64,000 nt of DNA from Clostridia bacterium (lineage in GTDB: Bacteria > Bacillota > Clostridia > Christensenellales > UBA1242), in NCBI GenBank assembly GCA_017623705.1, contig JAGAOQ010000021.1, positions 9,485 to 73,484 of the forward strand, given 5' to 3'. The notes below the pieces were generated by a model. That model saw only the letters and a program-made list of their open reading frames with translations. It was not told where the DNA came from and did no database searches. Below are positions 18,596 through 26,535 of the stretch, one piece after another. A program made the position numbers and the translations under genes. Each line of letters opens with the position of its first letter. Positions within the stretch are counted from its first letter, which is position 1.

Positions 18596-19349
18596 AGCAA
18601 ATGATTTAACGGGAAAAGAATGGTTGCAAAATTCTTTTAGTATTTGGCGAGACCTAAAAAAAACACAAGAAGAGAAGAATCTTGGGCATCCTGCGTCTTA
18701 TCCAATAAGTTTGTGTGAAAAATTAATTAAAACATTTGCAAGAAATAATTGTAATGTCCTAGACCCTTTTAATGGAGTTGGAACAACAATGGTTGCAGCC
18801 GAAAATTTAGGATGCAACGGAACTGGAATTGATTTATCAGAAGAATATTGTAATATTGCAAGAAAAAGAATTACATCAGATAAAATAAAGATTTATCAAG
18901 GTGATAGTTTTAAGTTAGTAAATTCTCTAGAGAAAAATAGCTTTGATTTAGTTGTAACTTCACCACCTTATTGGGATATTCTTAATCAAAAAAGGACAGT
19001 TGACCAAAAAAATAATATCAATTATTCAGATAAAAATAATGATTTAGGCAATATCGATGATTATTGGAAATTTATAGAATCGCTTAAAAACTTATTTGCA
19101 AATATTTATCCTTTATTAAAACATAAATCATATTGTTTAATAAATGTTATGGATTTGAGAAAAGGCAGTAACTTTTATTCTTTCCATAGCGACCTCGCCT
19201 ATGCATTAAAAGATGTTGGCTATATATTTGATGATTTAATTATTTGGGATAGACAAGCTGATTACAATAATATGAAGACTCTAGGTTATCCATATAAATT
19301 TAGGATTAACAAAGTTCACGAATATATTTTGATTATGTATAAGGAGTAA
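18585..19349 (+). CDS. N4/N6 DNA methyltransferase with motif I upstream of SPPY (apparently permuted beta-class)
   Basis: Start moved to ATG 18585 (MANRANDLTGKEW). HPASYP...VLDPFNGVGTT (motif I) is followed by VTSPPYWD (motif IV), then a IIWDR...HEYILIMYK block. Confidence 0.75.
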   Translation: MANRANDLTGKEWLQNSFSIWRDLKKTQEEKNLGHPASYPISLCEKLIKTFARNNCNVLDPFNGVGTTMVAAENLGCNGTGIDLSEEYCNIARKRITSDKIKIYQGDSFKLVNSLEKNSFDLVVTSPPYWDILNQKRTVDQKNNINYSDKNNDLGNIDDYWKFIESLKNLFANIYPLLKHKSYCLINVMDLRKGSNFYSFHSDLAYALKDVGYIFDDLIIWDRQADYNNMKTLGYPYKFRINKVHEYILIMYKE

Positions 19350-19353
19350 AAAA

Positions 19354-20241
19354 ATGAACATACAAATGGCATATTTATTAGGAATGATAATTGGTAACGG
19401 AGAAATACAAAGAAACAATTCTGCTACTAAAATTTTAATAAACATTCCACATAAGAACGAAAGAACAGATGATGGGAATGATGTAAAAATTTATGTAAAA
19501 GCAAGTATCACTGATATAAAATCAGCTTTAGAGCCAACCATTGGTACAATATTAAACTGTACTCAAAACAAATCGGTATCAACGATTTATTTTGAAAAAC
19601 CAAATTCTGATTATTTAATAACTGAAATTATGAGAATGTGTCAAAACGAAAGAACATTTGAAACAATGCACGTTCCACAGTATTTTTATACTGCATCACG
19701 AGATGAGATACTTTATTTTTTACGAGGCTTTTGTGATGTAACTGCTTATATACGAAAAAGTAATTGTTATATTGATGGAATAACACAGAGAGTGTATATT
19801 GAAATTATGCACAACTGGTATGTTGCTGCAGAAATATGTAATTTACTTAAAATAGTAGATATACCTGTTCAAACCATAGATTGGGCACATCCAAATATGA
19901 GAGATGGTAAATTAGCAAAATATAATCAAGGCAATCATAATTTTTGGAAAAAAGAACATCAAATTAAAATTACAGCAAATGAATTTTTGCCAATAGGTTT
20001 TACTGTTATTCACAAAAACAATGCACTTGAAAAATTTGCGAATGAAATGATTAACTATTATTCTAGGTTAGGCAAAAATATATCTGAAAAAACCCACAAA
20101 TTTTATTGGCAAAAAAAGAAGAAGCGTAGTTTACGTCCAAGCCATCCTGGAGAAAGTGATGTGTCAATTCCATCAGAAATTAGAGGGAAACATTATGATT
20201 GTTGGCAAGATATTGCAAATGATTTAGGTTATAGGGAGTAA
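19354..20241 (+). CDS. hypothetical protein with two degenerate LAGLIDADG-like motifs (possible DNA-binding or specificity component)
   Basis: 295 aa. AAGGAG RBS. AYLLGMIIGNGEI near the N-terminus and ILYFLRGFCDVTAYI about 110 aa later resemble LAGLIDADG helices, but the usual acidic catalytic positions are N and T. By-eye assignment only. Confidence 0.35.
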   Translation: MNIQMAYLLGMIIGNGEIQRNNSATKILINIPHKNERTDDGNDVKIYVKASITDIKSALEPTIGTILNCTQNKSVSTIYFEKPNSDYLITEIMRMCQNERTFETMHVPQYFYTASRDEILYFLRGFCDVTAYIRKSNCYIDGITQRVYIEIMHNWYVAAEICNLLKIVDIPVQTIDWAHPNMRDGKLAKYNQGNHNFWKKEHQIKITANEFLPIGFTVIHKNNALEKFANEMINYYSRLGKNISEKTHKFYWQKKKKRSLRPSHPGESDVSIPSEIRGKHYDCWQDIANDLGYRE

Positions 20242-20243
20242 TT

Positions 20244-20717
20244 GTGAGGGAATTTGATTTATATGAACCAATGGTTAATTGGTTAAAACAATACTTAGAG
20301 GGGAAATATAAAAATTGTGAAATCTTTGTAGAAGATACTCATTCTCAAAGGTTAGACCGAGCTTTACATAAATATGGAATAATAAATGATTTAGCAACTG
20401 GTGTCGATATTCAAATAGATGTCCTCGGTATTGTTAGAAAAAATGAATCATATAAATTATTCTTTATTGAAGCGAAGATTACAAAACTTACGCTGAGAGA
20501 TTTAGGTCAATTATGGGCATACTGCAAGTTGATTGACCCAGAAGAAGCATTTTTATTAACATCTGAAAGTTTTGGTTCTTTGAATAAAATTTTAAGAACT
20601 TTTGGGCGAGAAGATTTATTAGATTTTGGCAATGGAAAAAAAATAAAAAAGATGAAAGTTGGAATTTGGAATGTTGCTAGAAATAATATCGATTATATGA
20701 CACTAATACCACAGTAA
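20244..20717 (+). CDS. small PD-(D/E)xK-type nuclease (candidate restriction endonuclease)
   Basis: 157 aa. GTG start with AGGGAG RBS. VDIQIDVLGIV...LFFIEAK gives a D...ExK arrangement with a downstream QLWAY helix, as in restriction-endonuclease-fold proteins. Confidence 0.5.
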   Translation: MREFDLYEPMVNWLKQYLEGKYKNCEIFVEDTHSQRLDRALHKYGIINDLATGVDIQIDVLGIVRKNESYKLFFIEAKITKLTLRDLGQLWAYCKLIDPEEAFLLTSESFGSLNKILRTFGREDLLDFGNGKKIKKMKVGIWNVARNNIDYMTLIPQ

Positions 20718-20758
20718 AATTAAAAAATTCATATTTGGCAGTTAAACGTGTGCTTGTC

Positions 20759-20780
20759 TATATATACAAGTGGCGTCGCT
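20759..20780 (+). repeat. left copy of flanking direct repeat (inside a 14-bp inverted repeat, 20748-20761 / 20791-20804)
   Basis: Read directly from the sequence: gtgtgcttgtctat...atagacaagcacac encloses the repeat. Confidence 0.7.
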
Positions 20781-21237
20781 TCGCTCCGCCATAGACAAGC
20801 ACACTAAGCAAGCCAAAACGATGGCGAAAATTGGGTCGGTGCGCAGGCTTTTCACCGGACCCAATTTTTCTTTCCGCCGTCGTTGTTTTTTTCGGCACTG
20901 ATTTTTATCTGTGCCGTTTTAAATTTTTTGCATAGTCTTTTCGCTGTCAATGTTCTTTTTCATTGACAGTTTATATGCTAAAAATTTTGGGTCTTGCTTT
21001 TTCTAATACGGTGTGCTAGTCTATTCGCTGGTACGAAAAAAGACCACGCAAAATGACAATTAAATAGTATTAGTAAATTTTGTTAAGTGAACGGACCGCA
21101 ACTCGAAAAATTAACGAAGAATCAAATTCGGCCCGATTAAAAAAATAAAAAGTAAAAAATTGCATTTATGGGCGTTAAAGAAAATAGTGGCCAAATTTTC
21201 TTTGCGTCTTTTTTTGTCCTTAAAAGGAGTTAAAAAA

Positions 21238-21366
21238 ATGCAAAAACCAACAATCGTAATTAAGAATGATTTAGATTTATCTCTAATTAACAATGAGTTC
21301 ATTGTGGCAATGCTGAATTTAATTCTTAAGGATAAGGAGCAGGAAAATGGACTACATCAAAACTAA
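21238..21366 (+). CDS. small hypothetical protein (42 aa)
   Basis: AAAGGAG RBS 8 nt upstream of ATG 21238 (MQKPTIVIKNDLDLSL...). No family recognised. Confidence 0.35.
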   Translation: MQKPTIVIKNDLDLSLINNEFIVAMLNLILKDKEQENGLHQN

Positions 21367-21417
21367 AATCTATTTTGACGGTAGCCATTACATTGGCATT
21401 CCCAAAACAGCTCAGTA

Positions 21418-22224
21418 TTGGAAGAAAAAAAACACAAATCTAAACCACAAACAAATGAAACAGAAACAAAAGTTAAAGCAATGTTAAGTGAGAAAACAAA
21501 CGAAACTAAACAAGAGAAAACAAAACGAGTAATTAAAGAATTAGACAATGAAATAAAAAATTTTGCACACAGTAAATCAATTGTCGATAAAGTTATCAGT
21601 AAATATAAACGCAATCGTATTGTCAGATTAACTAGATTAAGTCGTAAAGTTGGATTACAACAATGGACACATTTTTGCACATTTACATATGATTCTAATA
21701 AATTAACAGAAACTGAATTTAGAGAAAAATTTTTAAATTGTATAAGACATTTATCCAATCGTAAAGGTTGGAAATACATTGGTGTCTTTGAACGCAGTCC
21801 AGAATTACAAAGACTTCATTTTCACGGCATCTTTGTCATTCCAGAAATGGTCGGCGAAATCATAGAAACCAAAGATTATTCTACCAAAACCCACCAAATG
21901 CAAATTGCTCATCAAAACACTTTCTTTTTAACACGCTTTGGTCGTAACGATTTCAAACCTATAGAAGATAATGCTACGGCACAGAAAGCCGTTAGATACA
22001 TCTTGAAATATATTCGTAAGACCGGTGAGAAAGTGATTTATTCTAAACACTTACAAACCTATTTTGTAACCGATGTTATGGAAGATGATGTAATTTGCAC
22101 AATCGGACAAGAGAACCGCAAGATTCTTCTCTTCGATGATTTTAAGTGTTGGGATTTGGTAAACGGAAAACTGTTTGGCATGGTGAGTAAAAAGTTGATA
22201 GATAACTTGCCAAAAGCTTTCTAA
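21418..22224 (+). CDS. rolling-circle replication initiator (HUH endonuclease, two-tyrosine type); true start probably 21347 via a frame change at the A8 tract
   Basis: FCTFTYD (motif 1), RLHFHGIF (HUH), AVRYILKYIRK (YxxKY as in the phiX174 gpA family). The track ORF starts at a TTG. An RBS-led ATG at 21347 lies in another frame. Confidence 0.7.
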   Translation: MEEKKHKSKPQTNETETKVKAMLSEKTNETKQEKTKRVIKELDNEIKNFAHSKSIVDKVISKYKRNRIVRLTRLSRKVGLQQWTHFCTFTYDSNKLTETEFREKFLNCIRHLSNRKGWKYIGVFERSPELQRLHFHGIFVIPEMVGEIIETKDYSTKTHQMQIAHQNTFFLTRFGRNDFKPIEDNATAQKAVRYILKYIRKTGEKVIYSKHLQTYFVTDVMEDDVICTIGQENRKILLFDDFKCWDLVNGKLFGMVSKKLIDNLPKAF

Positions 22225-22393
22225 GTGTCTTGTTCCGCCAGAGTGTAAACGGAATTGTTGCTCGGTCAAGGGTAAAGTGAATCGCTAGCGACCCTTGACC
22301 GTTAAGTAAAATCTTTAACTAAAAAATTACTAACAATTCCGTTTAACTCGTGGCTGTCGCAAGACAAAACAAAAAACATAAAGGAGGTAAAAA

Positions 22394-23902
22394 ATGAAAA
22401 CAGCAGTTGTGTATGCCCGATACAGCAGTGATAGTCAATCTGAGCAGTCGATTGAAGGTCAATTGCGAGTTTGTCAAGAGTACGCCAAGAATAATCAAAT
22501 TCTGATTGTTGACACTTATATCGACAGGGCAATGACGGGAACAAATGATTTAAGACCAGACTTTCAACGAATGATTCGAGATAGTAGCAAACGACAATGG
22601 AATTATGTGATTGTCTACAAACTTGACCGTTTTTCCAGAAATAAATATGAAACAACAATTCATAAACACACATTGCACAATAACGGAGTCAAAGTTTTGT
22701 CTGCTATGGAAAACATACCTGATACACCAGAAGGCATTATTTTAGAATCCTTGCTTGAAGGAATGAATCAATACTATTCCGCAGAGTTATCACAAAAAGT
22801 TCACCGTGGCTTAAACGAAAGCTACTTAAAAGGTCAATTCACTGGCGGAGCAACTTTGTATGGCTACGATATTGTGAACAAAAAAATTGTTATCAATCCG
22901 ACCGAAAGTGAAATAGTAAAAGAAATCTTTGCTAAATATGCACTTGGTTATACTGGTGTTTCAATTGCCAATGACTTAAAAAGTCGTGGCGTAAGGACAA
23001 AAGAAGGAAAGTATCTTAATGTCGCAAGAATTTACAAATTGATTAAAAATCCTAAATTTATCGGACAAACTATTCACAATGGTAAAGTTTATACTAACAT
23101 CTATCCAGCCATTATTGATGAACAAACTTGGCAAAAAGTTCAAGATGTTCGCAATACCAATAAACACTCTCATGGCAGGAAGAAAGAAGTTTATAATTTC
23201 ATCTTATCTGGTAAGTTAGTTTGCGGTCATTGTCATCATTTAATTGTTGGCGAAAGTGGGACTTCGGAAACCACGGGCAAACATTATTACTATAATTGTT
23301 TAAGTCGCAGAAGAAAGAAAGCCGTGTGTAATTTCCACGCTGTCAAAAAACAATGGCTAGAAGATTTAGTTATTCAAACAACTTGGCAGTTATTAAAAGA
23401 TAAAAACCAATTAGATGAAATTGCCAATATGATTTACCACAAACATCAAAATCTTAAAGATAAATTATCTAATGTTAAAGCATTAGAAATACGAAAGAGT
23501 AGTGCCGAAAAAGCAGTGAAGAATTTAATTACAGCACTGGAACAAGGTATTATTACCGAACAAACCAAAACCCGCTTACAAGAATTAGAAAAAGAAATTA
23601 TGCAATACAATTTTGAAATTGAACAAGAAAAACAACGAACCTACACCTACTTAACTTTGGATATGATAAAAAATTATTTATACAATGTTATACCTAATGA
23701 CAGTGTGCATACTATATCTGCACGCAAACACATTGTGAAATTATTTATTCGCGAAATTATTTTTGATAATCAAACATTAACAATTACTTACAATTTTACG
23801 GATAACAATCCCAGCAAACAACCGCTCGACGAAATCAACGAAGTCATCACTATCTCTAATAGTTCAAACAATCAAGAACCCCTTGCACCAATTCTAACGT
23901 AA
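22394..23902 (+). CDS. large serine recombinase
   Basis: 502 aa. AVVYARYSSDSQ catalytic-Ser motif, KLDRFSRN, recombinase domain, Cys4 zinc ribbon (CGHCHH...YYYNC), coiled-coil C-terminus. AAAGGAGG RBS. Confidence 0.9.
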   Translation: MKTAVVYARYSSDSQSEQSIEGQLRVCQEYAKNNQILIVDTYIDRAMTGTNDLRPDFQRMIRDSSKRQWNYVIVYKLDRFSRNKYETTIHKHTLHNNGVKVLSAMENIPDTPEGIILESLLEGMNQYYSAELSQKVHRGLNESYLKGQFTGGATLYGYDIVNKKIVINPTESEIVKEIFAKYALGYTGVSIANDLKSRGVRTKEGKYLNVARIYKLIKNPKFIGQTIHNGKVYTNIYPAIIDEQTWQKVQDVRNTNKHSHGRKKEVYNFILSGKLVCGHCHHLIVGESGTSETTGKHYYYNCLSRRRKKAVCNFHAVKKQWLEDLVIQTTWQLLKDKNQLDEIANMIYHKHQNLKDKLSNVKALEIRKSSAEKAVKNLITALEQGIITEQTKTRLQELEKEIMQYNFEIEQEKQRTYTYLTLDMIKNYLYNVIPNDSVHTISARKHIVKLFIREIIFDNQTLTITYNFTDNNPSKQPLDEINEVITISNSSNNQEPLAPILT

Positions 23903-23989
23903 TTCTAACTCACAGACGAAACCTAATAATTCCAATGCCATAATTTGGAAATCTTTGACCTTTTTGGATTTTAATTATATATTTTATCT

Positions 23990-25009
23990 ATGAAGCATAA
24001 AATTTTGAAAACTTTTATCTTAACATTTATTTTATTATTACCAATGGTAATCCTTGTAGGATGCGGAACAACAAATGAGTCAAATCAAGACAATGAATTG
24101 AAACAAGATAATGTATTTTATTTTGATGACGCTAATATCAACATTAACAACATTAATTTCAGTTTTTCTTGTTCAGAAACCAAAATTCAAAATACTGAAC
24201 TAAGAGTTACAATTACTGCAACTAATACTTTACTTAAAGACCAAATTCTTAATTTAGATAGTATAAAAGTAGTAAATGAAAAAACAAAAGTTGAATACAA
24301 ATATTCTGGTGCTACTTTTTATGGCGACATCACTTTGCAATATAATATAAAAACAAATTTATATTTTAATGCTTATATTCCAAGTTCTTATTTAACTGAA
24401 AACTATTACATTCAGTTTAATAACGGTGGCAATACTTATCGTATTAATTTATACGAAACACCAGATGAATTGAGAGAATCTCATACCGTTTCGTTCCAAC
24501 TTTTTTCTTACCCAAATTACAGCAATGTAAAGAATATTTCAGTTAAAGATAATAGGAAATTTGAAAAATATATTTATGAGAGTGGTGACCATCTATACTA
24601 TTGTGATACTTGGTATACTGATGAAGCAAGAACTAATGAATTTAATTGGAATTCCAAAATTACACAAGATGTTACTTTGTATGGATTTAAGTTTCCCAAT
24701 GTGCAATATTCAAGCAGTAGTGGAGAAACATTTGTATCAAAAATTAAATATGTTCCACAGGACGGAATTCTTGTTATTGATAGCTTTTCATCGAAAGTAT
24801 ATTTATCAAATTATGCCTTATATGATAATAATGATGTGAAAGAAATATATTTACCTAAAGAATTAAAAAAAATATACAATGGGAACTTTAATAAAATGAA
24901 TAATTTAGTTAAAATTCACTTTGCTGGAAGTGAAACCGAATGGAATGCCATAGAAAGCACTAGCACAATCCCATCAAATGTAACTATTATTTTTAATTCA
25001 AAGTATTAA
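23990..25009 (+). CDS. lipoprotein, function unknown
   Basis: Signal peptide with lipobox LVGC-G. N/Y/K-rich. The C-terminal IYLPKELKKIYNGNF...IHFAGSETEWNAI resembles BspA-type leucine-rich-repeat ends. Confidence 0.6.
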   Translation: MKHKILKTFILTFILLLPMVILVGCGTTNESNQDNELKQDNVFYFDDANININNINFSFSCSETKIQNTELRVTITATNTLLKDQILNLDSIKVVNEKTKVEYKYSGATFYGDITLQYNIKTNLYFNAYIPSSYLTENYYIQFNNGGNTYRINLYETPDELRESHTVSFQLFSYPNYSNVKNISVKDNRKFEKYIYESGDHLYYCDTWYTDEARTNEFNWNSKITQDVTLYGFKFPNVQYSSSSGETFVSKIKYVPQDGILVIDSFSSKVYLSNYALYDNNDVKEIYLPKELKKIYNGNFNKMNNLVKIHFAGSETEWNAIESTSTIPSNVTIIFNSKY

Positions 25010-25061
25010 ATTATCAATAATTTGAGTGTATAATATTAAACACAAACATTTGCTTGGAATT

Positions 25062-25090
25062 CTAGCGTGCCTTTATATATATAACAAGTG
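25062..25090 (+). repeat. partial extra copy of the flanking repeat (CTAGCGTGCCTTTATATATATAACAAGTG)
   Basis: It matches 25185-25211 except for a TA expansion, then diverges after ACAAGTG. Confidence 0.65.
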
Positions 25091-25184
25091 AATGAAAATT
25101 TGCGGTCAAAAATAGACTAAAAAAAATGGCTAATTTTAACAAAAAAAAGACGGTAATTTTACACAAAAATAGCAATTTGAGATC

Positions 25185-25219
25185 CTAGCGTGCCTTTATA
25201 TATAACAAGTGGCGTCGCT
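25185..25219 (+). repeat. right copy of flanking direct repeat
   Basis: CTAGCGTGCCTTTATATATAACAAGTGGCGTCGCT. Its 3' 23 nt match 20759-20780 apart from one extra A. Confidence 0.7.
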
Positions 25220-25240
25220 ACGTAGTACAAATATAAACTA

Positions 25241-25268
25241 AAAAAAGGACAGTGCTTTGTCCTTTTTG
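25241..25268 (-). terminator. rho-independent terminator of the dehydratase gene
   Basis: The minus strand reads aaaggac-aaagcact-gtccttttttt. Confidence 0.5.
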
Positions 25269-25314
25269 AAACACAAAAATTGTTTGTGCCAAGTGGTTGT
25301 TAGCGGGGAAGTCG

Positions 25315-26421
25315 TTATTTGTTTTCGCCGGCGTAGATTTTGTCTGCTTGCATTAAGAATTCACGGACTTGGCTTTCGGTAACGTGTAACATGTCTTTTT
25401 CTAACATATAATTGCTGGTCCATTCAACGATTGCTCGAATCGTGTTATCTATATTGTAGATAATGCGGTATCCTAACACGTTTTTTGCTTTTGTAATGTC
25501 CAAAGCCAATTTACTTGCTTCGTGGATAGTGTCTACTTTTTGTAAAACTTCATATTTTACTCTCGGTTCATGTTTACGATAATAATCTAAAAGCTGTTTA
25601 ATACTAATGCAGTTTTCATATTCAGGACCAATGTTATAACTTCCAGCAAATGCAACGTTCTCATATTGTAACATAGCTAACTTAACGTACATATATAATG
25701 GTTCAACCACATACTGAAAAGGACGAGTTGAATTTGGATTACTAATTACCACTGGTTCATTTTTAATCATGCTCTTGATACAATTAGGAATAATTCTATG
25801 CTCACCCCAATCACCACCACCAATAACATTACCAGCTCGACAAGTCGAAACACTCACACCATGTTCTGCGTATTTATCAGGATTAAAAAAACTTTTAATG
25901 TACGAATAGGTTACTAATTCACTACATGATTTACTATTAGAGTAGGGGTCATAACCACAGAGTGGGTCATTTTCAACAAATGGTTGACCAGAATCATTGT
26001 TTAAGTAAACTTTGTCAGTTGTAACATTGATTACACTTTTCACCGACGGTGTATTTCGAACGGCTTCCAACAAATTTACCGTTCCCATTACATTTGTTGC
26101 GTAAGTTTCTCTTGGTTGTTGGTAACCAGTAATCACAATCGCCTGCGCTGCTAAATGAAAAACAATTTCGGGCTTAAAATCTTGCATGACTTTAACTAAA
26201 TGATTGTAATCACAAATATCACCGACATGGTGTTCAATTAAATTTTTGCCATTGATTAGTGAAAACATATTAGGTGATGTTACTGGTTCAAGTGCATAAC
26301 CACAAACTTCTGCTCCTAATTCTCGTAAAAGAACAATTAACCAAGACCCCTTGAAGCCAGTATGTCCCGTAACAAAAACTCGTTTACCGTGATAAAAGTT
26401 TTTTAGCGTTAAAATGTCCAT
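25315..26421 (-). CDS. rfbG: CDP-glucose 4,6-dehydratase-like NAD-dependent dehydratase
   Basis: Start moved to ATG 26421 (AAGGGAAAA RBS). FYHGKRVFVTGHTGFKGSWL...LGAEVCGYALEP is the characteristic RfbG N-terminus. YSNSK catalytic motif. Confidence 0.8.
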   Translation of the reverse strand: MDILTLKNFYHGKRVFVTGHTGFKGSWLIVLLRELGAEVCGYALEPVTSPNMFSLINGKNLIEHHVGDICDYNHLVKVMQDFKPEIVFHLAAQAIVITGYQQPRETYATNVMGTVNLLEAVRNTPSVKSVINVTTDKVYLNNDSGQPFVENDPLCGYDPYSNSKSCSELVTYSYIKSFFNPDKYAEHGVSVSTCRAGNVIGGGDWGEHRIIPNCIKSMIKNEPVVISNPNSTRPFQYVVEPLYMYVKLAMLQYENVAFAGSYNIGPEYENCISIKQLLDYYRKHEPRVKYEVLQKVDTIHEASKLALDITKAKNVLGYRIIYNIDNTIRAIVEWTSNYMLEKDMLHVTESQVREFLMQADKIYAGENK

Positions 26422-26535
26422 ATTTTCCCTTTTTATGTTAATCAACGAGAAATAACAATTTAAGTTTAATTTAATCACGCAAAACTGTCAATGCAACAAG
26501 GAACTTGATTAGTTGGATTTTATAAGCTTCCGCCC

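Larger units (their letters stand above)
20748..25219. mobile_element. putative integrative element: rolling-circle Rep, large serine recombinase and lipoprotein, flanked by direct repeats
   Basis: TATATATACAAGTGGCGTCGCT (20759-20780) and TATATATAACAAGTGGCGTCGCT (25197-25219) bracket the Rep, recombinase and lipoprotein genes. Confidence 0.5.
16977..25314. mobile_element. AT-rich accessory island next to tRNA-Arg (R-M-like module plus Rep/serine-recombinase element)
   Basis: Visibly lower GC and different codon usage than the flanking genes. It carries defence and mobility genes and starts right after a tRNA. No tRNA 3'-end duplication was seen, so the outer borders are approximate. Confidence 0.5.

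Noticed and set aside
21363-21779. 138-aa minus-strand ORF
   Set aside because: It is antisense to the Rep gene, which has clear HUH motifs. The product is leucine/serine-rich low-complexity sequence, typical of AT-rich antisense frames.
22302-22673. 123-aa minus-strand ORF
   Set aside because: It overlaps the palindromic spacer and the 5' end of the serine recombinase gene. It has no RBS.
16950-25314. Duplication of the tRNA-Arg 3' end as an island att site
   Set aside because: I looked for GCGGTGCACCA-like sequence near 20.7 kb and 25.0-25.3 kb and did not see it. A computational search is needed to be sure.
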